From an uncultured Ruminococcus sp. (GTDB lineage: Bacteria; Bacillota; Clostridia; Oscillospirales; Acutalibacteraceae), in contig CAZKUO010000001.1 in NCBI GenBank assembly GCA_964555975.1, positions 36,825 through 100,824 of the forward strand: DNA of 64,000 nt, in the 5' to 3' direction. The notes beneath the pieces are model-generated. The model saw only the letters and a list, made by a program, of their open reading frames with translations, was not told where the DNA came from and did no database searches. Position numbers and translations under genes: made by a program. Positions within the stretch are counted from its first letter, which is position 1; each line of letters starts with the position of its first letter. Positions 29,088 to 36,999 of this stretch are shown here, one piece after another.

Positions 29088-30734
29088 TTAATTAATTGCT
29101 CTGTTTATTCTTTCAATACAGCGGTCATACCCCAAAACGCGCATAATACTGCACAAATCGGGGGTATTTCGTCTGCCGGTTATCGCAATGCGAAGCACCG
29201 TGCTCAAATCCCCGGCGTGCCCCTTGTAGGCCTCGGGGTTTGCCTTGTACTGCTTGGTTTCGGCCGCAAAGCCGATTTCGGGAGCAATGCTCTTTATCAC
29301 ATCAAACCAGGCGGTGCCCTCGTCCTCCGGGTTGTAGAGTGCGGAATAGCGCCTTAAAAATTCCTTGGCATCCTCAGGCGAAATTCCGTCGGGCAGGGTT
29401 AAATCCTCGCGGTAAAGCTCGGGGAAGAAGTAGGAAAAATATTCCTCGGCTTCGTCCCATTTGGCTATATCCTTTCGGGGCTTCGGCTTGTCACGGTCAA
29501 TGGAAAGCATTGCAACCGTGTAATCGCGGTCACGTGTAAGCAGAGCGTAAAGCTCGGGGTTAAATTCCGCCGCCCAGGCGGTAAGACGGCTGTAAACCTC
29601 CTCACCCGAGAGCCTTGAAATTATTGTTTTACTTACGTCGTTCAGCTTGTCCCCGTCAAACAGTGCACCGGAAACACTCATCTTTTTAAGATTGAACTTA
29701 AATTCGCCGCACGGCTTTTCCGCATTTGCTCTGCGCCAATCCTCAAAATCCGAGGCGGCAATTGTCATAAGATATTCCGTAACGCACTCCGGCTCGTACC
29801 CAACCTCCGCAAAGAAGTGCACGGCGGCCTCGGGGTCCTTACGCTTTGAAATTTTGCGTTTCGAGCCGTTTTCAAGCTTCATAATGGGGGAAATGTGGCC
29901 GTATTTCGGCGGCTTAAAGCCCAAAAGCTTAAAAAGCTGCAGGTGCTTCGGCACAGAGGAAATCCACTCATCCCCGCGAAGCACGTGGGTTGTGCGCATT
30001 AAATGGTCGTCAATCGCGTGGGCAAAGTGGTAGGTCGGTATTCCGTCGGATTTTAAAATAACAAAATCCTCATCATTTTCCGGCATTTCTATTTTGCCCT
30101 TTATGCAGTCCTCAAAAACAACCCGGTTTTCTTCACTGCCGGGGGAGCGCAGGCGCACAACAAAGGGGCGACCCTCAGCAACAAGCCTTTCCGCTTCCTC
30201 ATAGCTTATGTTTCTGTGGCGTGCCCATTCACCGTGATAGCCCGTGCGAACCTTCTCGGCCTCCTGGCTGGCGCGCATTTCTTCAAGCTCCTCTGCCGTG
30301 CAAAAGCAGGGGTAGGCAAGCCCGCGTCGTATCAGGTCCTTAGCGTAGGCTTTGTAAATCTCGGCACGGTCGCTCTGCCTGTAGGGGCCGTAGCTTCCCA
30401 CCTGCTGTTCACCGTTAACAAAGCCCTCATCCGCATTTATGCCGAAGCGTGCAAGGCCGCCCATAATATCGGCCGTGCCGCCCTCAACCTCTCTCTTTTT
30501 ATCGGTATCCTCTATTCTGGTGTAAAAAATACCGCCGCTTGCAGTTGCGGTAATGCGGTTTACAAGTGCCGTAAAAAGTGTGCCCAAATGCAAATACCCC
30601 GTGGGGCTCGGGGCTATTCTAGTCACACGTGCCCCCTCGGGGAGTGCACGCGGCGGGTAGAGTGCCTCGTAATAATCGGGTGTGTGTGTTATGTCGGGCA
30701 GTAAAAGCTCGGCCGTTTTTTCGTAATCGTTCAT
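29088..30734 (-). CDS. gltX: glutamate--tRNA ligase
   Basis: 548 aa. APSPTGYLHLGT (HIGH region), KISKRK (KMSKS) and a GluRS-type catalytic core. Confidence 0.9.
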   Translation of the reverse strand: MNDYEKTAELLLPDITHTPDYYEALYPPRALPEGARVTRIAPSPTGYLHLGTLFTALVNRITATASGGIFYTRIEDTDKKREVEGGTADIMGGLARFGINADEGFVNGEQQVGSYGPYRQSDRAEIYKAYAKDLIRRGLAYPCFCTAEELEEMRASQEAEKVRTGYHGEWARHRNISYEEAERLVAEGRPFVVRLRSPGSEENRVVFEDCIKGKIEMPENDEDFVILKSDGIPTYHFAHAIDDHLMRTTHVLRGDEWISSVPKHLQLFKLLGFKPPKYGHISPIMKLENGSKRKISKRKDPEAAVHFFAEVGYEPECVTEYLMTIAASDFEDWRRANAEKPCGEFKFNLKKMSVSGALFDGDKLNDVSKTIISRLSGEEVYSRLTAWAAEFNPELYALLTRDRDYTVAMLSIDRDKPKPRKDIAKWDEAEEYFSYFFPELYREDLTLPDGISPEDAKEFLRRYSALYNPEDEGTAWFDVIKSIAPEIGFAAETKQYKANPEAYKGHAGDLSTVLRIAITGRRNTPDLCSIMRVLGYDRCIERINRAIN

Positions 30735-30749
30735 AATTTCCCTGCTTTG

Positions 30750-31205
30750 TCAGTTATTTGCCAAAAGCTTGTTAAGCTCGCGCATAAATGTGTTAATATC
30801 CTTAAATTGGCGGTAAACGGAGGCAAAGCGCACGTATGCCACCTCATCTATTTTTTTAAGCCGTTCCATAACAAGCCTGCCTATTTCCTCGCTGCTTACC
30901 TCACGCTCAAGTGAATTTTGAAGCACCGATTCGATTTCGTCAATCATTTTGTCAAGCATATCTATTGAAACGGGGCGCTTTTCACAGGCACGCAAAAGCC
31001 CGTTCATAAGCTTGTTGCGGTCAAAGGACTCACGCGAGCCGTCCTTCTTAATTACAATCACGGGCAGTGACTCTATTATTTCATAGGTGGTAAAGCGCTT
31101 GCCGCAGCCTAAGCACTCGCGGCGGCGGCGTATTCTTTGCCCCTCATCCGTCGGGCGGGAATCGATAACCTTGCTTTCTTCAAAGCAGCAAAAAGGACAT
31201 TTCAT
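30750..31205 (-). CDS. nrdR: transcriptional repressor NrdR
   Basis: MKCPFC...[12 protein letters not shown] zinc ribbon followed by an ATP-cone. 151 aa. Confidence 0.95.
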   Translation of the reverse strand: MKCPFCCFEESKVIDSRPTDEGQRIRRRRECLGCGKRFTTYEIIESLPVIVIKKDGSRESFDRNKLMNGLLRACEKRPVSIDMLDKMIDEIESVLQNSLEREVSSEEIGRLVMERLKKIDEVAYVRFASVYRQFKDINTFMRELNKLLANN

Positions 31206-31237
31206 ACCGTTTCTCCTAACAATTTATTAAAAAGCAC

Positions 31238-31270
31238 TTGTATTATACAATATATGGTAGTAAAATACAA
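31238..31270. promoter_or_regulatory. overlapping divergent promoters (ppiB-like on +, nrdR operon on -) built on one inverted repeat
   Basis: Plus strand: TTGTAT (31238-43), 17 nt, TAAAAT (31261-66). Minus strand: TTGTAT (31270-65), 17 nt, TATAAT (31247-42). CTTGTATT and AATACAAG form the arms of the inverted repeat. Confidence 0.5.
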
Positions 31271-31305
31271 GTAAAAAAACAAATTTCAAAACGGAGGAAA
31301 TTACT

Positions 31306-31896
31306 ATGTCGGCTATTCAGCTTTCGGCACCGCAGAGCGGAGATACACTTGTTGTTATGCACACAAGCATGGGGGATATTAAAATTAAGCTTTTCCCCGA
31401 AAAGGCACCCCGCACGGTGGAGAATTTCGTAACACATTCAAAAAACGGTTATTACAACGGTCTTAAATTTCACCGTGTTATAAACGATTTTATGATTCAG
31501 GGCGGCGACCCGCGCGGTAACGGCACAGGCGGCGAATCTATTTGGGGCGGCAGCTTTGAGGATGAATTTTCGCCCGAGCTTCACAATTTGCGCGGCGCAC
31601 TTTCAATGGCAAATTCGGGACCCGATACCAACGGCAGCCAGTTTTTTATAGTTCAGGCAAAAAGTGTTCCCGAAAATATGCTTGAGCAAATGCGTGAGCT
31701 TGAGGACAGGGGCTTTCCCGCAGAGATAACAAAGGCCTATGAGGAGCTCGGCGGCACACCGTGGCTTGATTTTCGTCACACGGTTTTCGGTATGGTTTAC
31801 GATGGAATGGATGTGGTGGATGCCATTGCCGCAGTCCCCGCAAAAAACGATGCACCGCTTGAGGATGTTATTATTACGGGAATCGATGTGCTGTAA
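31306..31896 (+). CDS. ppiB: cyclophilin-type peptidyl-prolyl cis-trans isomerase
   Basis: [15 protein letters not shown] and [16 protein letters not shown] cyclophilin signatures. RBS GGAGGA. Confidence 0.9.
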   Translation: MSAIQLSAPQSGDTLVVMHTSMGDIKIKLFPEKAPRTVENFVTHSKNGYYNGLKFHRVINDFMIQGGDPRGNGTGGESIWGGSFEDEFSPELHNLRGALSMANSGPDTNGSQFFIVQAKSVPENMLEQMRELEDRGFPAEITKAYEELGGTPWLDFRHTVFGMVYDGMDVVDAIAAVPAKNDAPLEDVIITGIDVL

Positions 31897-31967
31897 GTCG
31901 GAAAGAGACAAGCCGAGCTTGCAATAAAGCCGTAAAGCTGATATAATTAGGCAAAACAGAAAAGGAT

Positions 31968-32825
31968 ATGGTGATTAAAATGTCAGAACAGGAAAAACCG
32001 TCCGGTTGCTCGGGCAATTGCGCCTCCTGCGGCGAAAGCTGCGCCTCACGTGAGCCGCAAAGCCTTTTGGAGCCAACGGGAGAATATAACAGCATAAAGC
32101 ACGTTATCGCCGTGGTAAGCGGCAAGGGCGGTGTAGGCAAATCTATGACAGCCGCCATGCTCGCCGTGCTGTTAAGAAGAATGGGTCGCTCGGTTGGCAT
32201 ACTCGATGCCGATATTACCGGCCCCTCGGTGCCCAAAACCTTCGGAATAAATGCGCGTGCTTACCAGAACGAAATCGGTATTATTCCCGCAGAAACCGCA
32301 ACCGGCATAAAGCTTATGTCAATCAACCTTTTGCTTGAGGAAAAGGATATGCCCGTGCTTTGGCGCGGCCCTGTAATTGCGGGGGCGGTAAAGCAATTTT
32401 GGCACGATGTTGTGTGGGGTGACCTTGACTACCTTATTATAGACTGCCCGCCGGGAACCGGGGACGTGCCGCTTACGGTCTTCCAATCCATCCCGATAGA
32501 CGGCGCCGTTATTGTAACCTCTCCGCAGGACCTGGTTTCGCTTATTGTGAAAAAGGCCTGCAATATGGCAAGAATGATGGAAATTCCGATTTTGGGAATC
32601 ATAGAAAATATGAGCTACCTGCTCTGTCCCGACTGCGGCAAAAAGCTTCGCATTTTCGGCAAGGGCAGCGGTGCTGTGGCAGAGGAGCTCGGACTGCCGC
32701 TTTTGGCCGAGCTGCCTATAGACCCCGACCTTGCAAGCCTTGTGGATAACGGAGAATTTGAAAAATTCACCTGCACTGCGCTTGAAAACGCCGCGCGGGA
32801 AATAGATAAAAAGTTTTTTTCGTAG
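31968..32825 (+). CDS. Mrp/NBP35/ApbC family Fe-S cluster carrier ATPase
   Basis: Deviant Walker A VVSGKGGVGKS, CPDCG motif and a Cys-rich N-terminus. The start could instead be the ATG at 31980. Confidence 0.85.
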   Translation: MVIKMSEQEKPSGCSGNCASCGESCASREPQSLLEPTGEYNSIKHVIAVVSGKGGVGKSMTAAMLAVLLRRMGRSVGILDADITGPSVPKTFGINARAYQNEIGIIPAETATGIKLMSINLLLEEKDMPVLWRGPVIAGAVKQFWHDVVWGDLDYLIIDCPPGTGDVPLTVFQSIPIDGAVIVTSPQDLVSLIVKKACNMARMMEIPILGIIENMSYLLCPDCGKKLRIFGKGSGAVAEELGLPLLAELPIDPDLASLVDNGEFEKFTCTALENAAREIDKKFFS

Positions 32826-32848
32826 AGCCTTGTTTTAAGAGTAGCCAA

Positions 32849-34087
32849 ATGAAAAAAATCGTAATAATAGGCGGCGGCGCGGCAGGGCTTATGGCGGCGT
32901 GCAGCGCGAATTTTAAATATAAAGACGGAGGCGCGGAAATTACCGTGCTTGAAAAAAACGAACGCCCCGGCAGAAAGCTTATGATAACCGGCAAGGGGCG
33001 TTGCAATGTTACAAACAACTGCGAAGTGCCCGAGCTTATGGCAAATGTTCCGAAAAACGGCAAATTTTTGTATTCCGCATTTTCGGGCTTTCACCCAAAG
33101 GATGTTATGACCTTCTTTGAGAAGCTTAGGGTGCCGCTCAAAACCGAGCGCGGCGGCAGGGTTTTCCCCGTGTCGGACAGGGCTGCGGATATTGTGGATG
33201 CGCTTGTAAATGCCGCAAGGAGCGGCGGCGCACGCATTATGCAGGGCAGTGCCGAGGAAATTTTAACCGAAAACGGCGCCGTTACCGGAGTGAGGCTTAA
33301 AAACGGAGATACGCTTTCGGCAGACAGTGTAATTTTGGCAACGGGCGGAATGTCCTACCCGCTTACCGGTTCCACGGGGGACGGCTACAAAATGGCGGCC
33401 GCCTGCGGACACACGGTTGAGGAAACTATAGGCTCTCTGGTTCCGCTTGAGGTGCATGAGGGCTTTTGCGAAAGGCTTGCGGGGCTCTCACTTAAAAACA
33501 TTACGCTTACGGTTTTTGAGGAAGGCAAAAAAAAGCCGATTTTTTCCGAAATGGGCGAATTGCTCTTTACCCATTTCGGCATTTCGGGGCCGCTAACATT
33601 AAGTGCCTCGGCGCATATGCGGCGTATGGATAAGGGCGGCTTTACGGCGGTAATCGATTTAAAGCCCGCACTAAGCCAAGAACAGCTTGACAGGCGTATT
33701 TTGCGGGATTTTGAGGAATGTAAAAACAAGGCGCTTTCAAATTCGCTTGACGCGCTTTTGCCTAAAAGCCTTATTCCCGTTATAATAAAGCTTTCGGGTA
33801 TTGAACCCGCAAAAAAGGTAAATTCCGTAACGCGCACCGAGCGGGAGCGGCTTTGTGAGGCTTTAAAGGGGCTTACACTGCACATAACCCGCAAAAGACC
33901 GATTGAGGAGGCAATTATAACCTCGGGCGGTATTTCGGTTAAGGAAATAGACCCCAAAACAATGGCCTCGCGTTTGGTAAACGGGCTTTATTTTGCGGGG
34001 GAGATTATTGATGTTGATGCCTACACGGGCGGCTTTAACCTGCAAATAGCGTTTTCAACCGGCTTTGCGGCCGGTAATAACGCATAG
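32849..34087 (+). CDS. NAD(P)/FAD-dependent oxidoreductase, HI0933/BaiN family
   Basis: IIGGGAAGLMAA, GKGRCNVTN and a C-terminal GLYFAGEIIDVDAYTGGFNLQ, typical of the family. Confidence 0.85.
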   Translation: MKKIVIIGGGAAGLMAACSANFKYKDGGAEITVLEKNERPGRKLMITGKGRCNVTNNCEVPELMANVPKNGKFLYSAFSGFHPKDVMTFFEKLRVPLKTERGGRVFPVSDRAADIVDALVNAARSGGARIMQGSAEEILTENGAVTGVRLKNGDTLSADSVILATGGMSYPLTGSTGDGYKMAAACGHTVEETIGSLVPLEVHEGFCERLAGLSLKNITLTVFEEGKKKPIFSEMGELLFTHFGISGPLTLSASAHMRRMDKGGFTAVIDLKPALSQEQLDRRILRDFEECKNKALSNSLDALLPKSLIPVIIKLSGIEPAKKVNSVTRTERERLCEALKGLTLHITRKRPIEEAIITSGGISVKEIDPKTMASRLVNGLYFAGEIIDVDAYTGGFNLQIAFSTGFAAGNNA

Positions 34088-34126
34088 GCCGCTTCGGACT
34101 ATTCAAACTAAGGAGCTTAATTTAAT

Positions 34127-34798
34127 ATGATTTCGGTTGCGATAGACGGGCCGGCGGGAGCCGGCAAAAGCACAATAGCAAGGGCGGCGGCAGAGCGGCT
34201 CGGATTTATTTATGTTGATACGGGGGCCCTTTACCGCGCGGTTGGGCTTAAGTTTATACGGAGCGGAGCGGACATAGCCTCCGACACGGAAACCGAAAAA
34301 CTGCTTGCCGAAACAACGGTTGAAATCCGTTTTTCAAACGGTGAGCAGCACGTTTTTTTGGACGGCGAGGATGTTTCGGGGCTTATTCGCACTCCCGAGA
34401 CTTCAATGACGGCCTCTGCGGTTTCGGCAAAGCCGGCAGTAAGGGCATTTTTGCTTGAAATGCAGCGCAGGGCCGCGCGGGAAAGCAACGTTATTATGGA
34501 CGGACGGGATATAGCAACGGTGGTTTTGCCGAATGCGGATGTGAAAATATTTCTTACAGCCTCGGTTGCGGCACGTGCAGAAAGGCGTTGGCGTGAGCTT
34601 TGCGAAAAGGGCGAGTGCGTGAGCTTAGATGAGGTTTGCGCGGATATTGAAAAGCGGGATTACAACGATGCTCACAGGGCGGCGGCCCCCTTAAGACAGG
34701 CCGAGGATGCCGTGCTTGCGGATACCTCGTTTCTTACGCTTGAGCAATCGATTGAGCTTGTTCTTAAAATAATTACGGAAAGGGTTAAAACGGCTTGA
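34127..34798 (+). CDS. cmk: (d)CMP kinase
   Basis: IAIDGPAGAGKST P-loop. 223 aa, in the canonical position upstream of the ispH/rpsA fusion. Confidence 0.9.
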   Translation: MISVAIDGPAGAGKSTIARAAAERLGFIYVDTGALYRAVGLKFIRSGADIASDTETEKLLAETTVEIRFSNGEQHVFLDGEDVSGLIRTPETSMTASAVSAKPAVRAFLLEMQRRAARESNVIMDGRDIATVVLPNADVKIFLTASVAARAERRWRELCEKGECVSLDEVCADIEKRDYNDAHRAAAPLRQAEDAVLADTSFLTLEQSIELVLKIITERVKTA

Positions 34799-36855
34799 AG
34801 ATAACACTTGCTAAAACGGCGGGCTTCTGCTTTGGGGTGAACCGCGCCGTGCAAACGGTTTATTCCCTGCTTGACAGCGGCAGGCGGGTGTGCACACTCG
34901 GCCCCATAATTCATAATGACCAAATGGTGGCTGAGCTTGAAAGGCGCGGCGTGAGAACCGTTTCCTCCCACACCGAGGTTGCGCAGGGTGAGGCTTTGGT
35001 AATTCGTTCACACGGGGTTCCCGCCGAGCTTTATGCCGCGGCCGAGAGGGACGGAACGGAAATTGTTGATGCCACCTGCCCCTTTGTTGCCAAAATACAC
35101 GAAATAGTGGCCCGAAAAAGCAGTGAGGGGTATACTACCGTAATTGCCGGTGACCCCGAGCACAGTGAGGTAATCGGCATTGTGGGGCACTGCTCGGGGG
35201 AGGCTTATGTTGTTTCAAATGCGGCCGAGCTTGGAGAAATGCTCAAAAAAAATCAAAATTTCGCAGAAAAAAAGGTTATTTTGGTTTCACAAACCACCTT
35301 TAATACCGAAGAAATAAAAGAAATTCGCAAAATTTTAAAAAAAGTGTGTACAAATGCGAAAATATTTGATACAATATGTAATGCGACCTTTTTGCGTCAG
35401 CAGGAGGCACATGAGCTTGCGGCCGTGAGCGATGCAATGGTTATTGTGGGCGGCAGGCACAGCTCTAACACCGCAAAGCTTTTTGAGGTGTGCAGTGCGG
35501 AATGCGGCAGGGCGTATCTTGTTGAAACGGCAGCGGAGCTTTCCGGTCTTTCGTTCGACGGGTGCCGCTCGGTAGGGGTCGTTGCGGGCGCATCTACGCC
35601 TGCGGGTATTATAAAGGAGGTTATTAAAACCATGTCGGAAAATTTACAACCGGTGGAGGAACAGACGGAGGTAAAAGAATCTGTTCAAAAAAGCTTTGAG
35701 GAAATGACGGACGAGGAGGCATTTGAGGCCTCGCTCAGCAGCTTGACGGGTGACCAGAAGGTGGAAGGAACGGTTATTGCCGTTAATTCGGGCGAGATTT
35801 CGGTGGACATCGGCAGGGGCGTTACAGGCTATGTTTCCGCCGCCGAATATTCTCAAGACCCCGACGTTAAGCTTACGGACGAGGTAAAGGCGGGCGATAA
35901 GCTCAAGCTTATCATTATGAAAATCAATGACCAGGAAGGAACCGCAATGCTTTCAAAGCGTCGTTACGATGCTATTGCCGGTTGGGACAATATAGTTGCC
36001 GCCAAGGATTCGGGCGAAATCGTTACGGGCGTTGTCAGAGAAATAATCAAGGGCGGCGTTGTTGCTTATTCAAACAACATTCGTGTTTTCATTCCCGCAT
36101 CGCAGGCAACCGCATCACGCGGTGAGCCGCTTGAGGATTTAAAGGGCAAGGAGGTTTCCTTCCGCATTATCGAAATCGGTCGCGGCCGCAGGGCTGTGGG
36201 CTCAATCCGCAGTGTGCTTAAGGAGCAGCGCAAGGCTGCCGAGGACAAGCTGTGGGAGACAATCGCCGTGGGCGATCGCTTCACGGGTGTTGTTAAGTCA
36301 CTCACAAGCTACGGTGCCTTTGTGGACATCGGCGGTGTTGACGGAATGATACATATTTCCGAGCTCTCCTGGCAGAGAATTAAAAATCCGTCGGAGGTAG
36401 TGCTTGTTGGCGATACCGTTGAGGTATACGTTAAGGCGCTTGATGCCGAAAAGAGGAAGATTTCCCTCGGCTACAAAAAGGCAGAGGAAAATCCCTGGGT
36501 TATTTTTGAAAACACCTACAATGTGGGCGATACCGTAAATGTTACCGTTGTCAGCATGACAAGCTACGGCGCATTTGCACGCATTTTGCCCGGTGTTGAC
36601 GGTCTTATTCACATTTCGCAGATTGCCGACCGCCACATTGCAAAGCCGCAGGATGAGCTTAGCGTGGGTCAGGAGCTGGCCGCAAGAATTATTGCCGTTG
36701 ATCCCGAAAAGAAGCGCGTGAGCCTTTCGGTTCGTGCCCTTACCGAGGCTGCCGAGGAAAAGGCAGAGGAAGCCGCGGCAGATGAAACCGTTTACGAAAC
36801 CCCCGCAGAGCCCGAGGCTGTTGAAGCGGCAGAGACCGAGGAAGCAGCTGAATAA
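34795..36855 (+). CDS. ispH: bifunctional 4-hydroxy-3-methylbut-2-enyl diphosphate reductase (IspH/LytB) / ribosomal protein S1 fusion
   Basis: The N-terminal roughly 280 aa are IspH (AKTAGFCFGVNRAV, conserved Cys residues). The C-terminal half has four S1 OB-fold repeats (SYGAFVDIGGVDGMIHISE and similar). The TTG start overlaps the cmk stop. Confidence 0.9.
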   Translation: MKITLAKTAGFCFGVNRAVQTVYSLLDSGRRVCTLGPIIHNDQMVAELERRGVRTVSSHTEVAQGEALVIRSHGVPAELYAAAERDGTEIVDATCPFVAKIHEIVARKSSEGYTTVIAGDPEHSEVIGIVGHCSGEAYVVSNAAELGEMLKKNQNFAEKKVILVSQTTFNTEEIKEIRKILKKVCTNAKIFDTICNATFLRQQEAHELAAVSDAMVIVGGRHSSNTAKLFEVCSAECGRAYLVETAAELSGLSFDGCRSVGVVAGASTPAGIIKEVIKTMSENLQPVEEQTEVKESVQKSFEEMTDEEAFEASLSSLTGDQKVEGTVIAVNSGEISVDIGRGVTGYVSAAEYSQDPDVKLTDEVKAGDKLKLIIMKINDQEGTAMLSKRRYDAIAGWDNIVAAKDSGEIVTGVVREIIKGGVVAYSNNIRVFIPASQATASRGEPLEDLKGKEVSFRIIEIGRGRRAVGSIRSVLKEQRKAAEDKLWETIAVGDRFTGVVKSLTSYGAFVDIGGVDGMIHISELSWQRIKNPSEVVLVGDTVEVYVKALDAEKRKISLGYKKAEENPWVIFENTYNVGDTVNVTVVSMTSYGAFARILPGVDGLIHISQIADRHIAKPQDELSVGQELAARIIAVDPEKKRVSLSVRALTEAAEEKAEEAAADETVYETPAEPEAVEAAETEEAAE

Positions 36856-36882
36856 GGCTTTATAATCAGAATATTTTAAAAT

Positions 36883-36919
36883 CAAAACCACCGGTTTATT
36901 TAAGCAACCGGTGGTTTTG
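36883..36919. terminator. bidirectional rho-independent terminator
   Basis: CAAAACCACCGGTT-tatttaagc-AACCGGTGGTTTTG: a 14-bp perfect stem between convergent genes. Confidence 0.8.
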
Positions 36920-36999
36920 ATTTAAGGATTATTTAAACAGTCCCATATGTGACTAGACAGATTTTTCACAGCCGTCGGCATTTATGTCTTGATTTTCCG

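Noticed and set aside
30735-31305. A T-box leader or riboswitch upstream of gltX/glnS, and a TPP riboswitch upstream of the thiamine diphosphokinase gene (15812-15933).
   Set aside because: gltX is preceded by nrdR with a gap of only 15 nt. The 15.8-kb intergenic region is short, AT-rich and lacks the conserved TPP (CUGAGA) or T-box elements.
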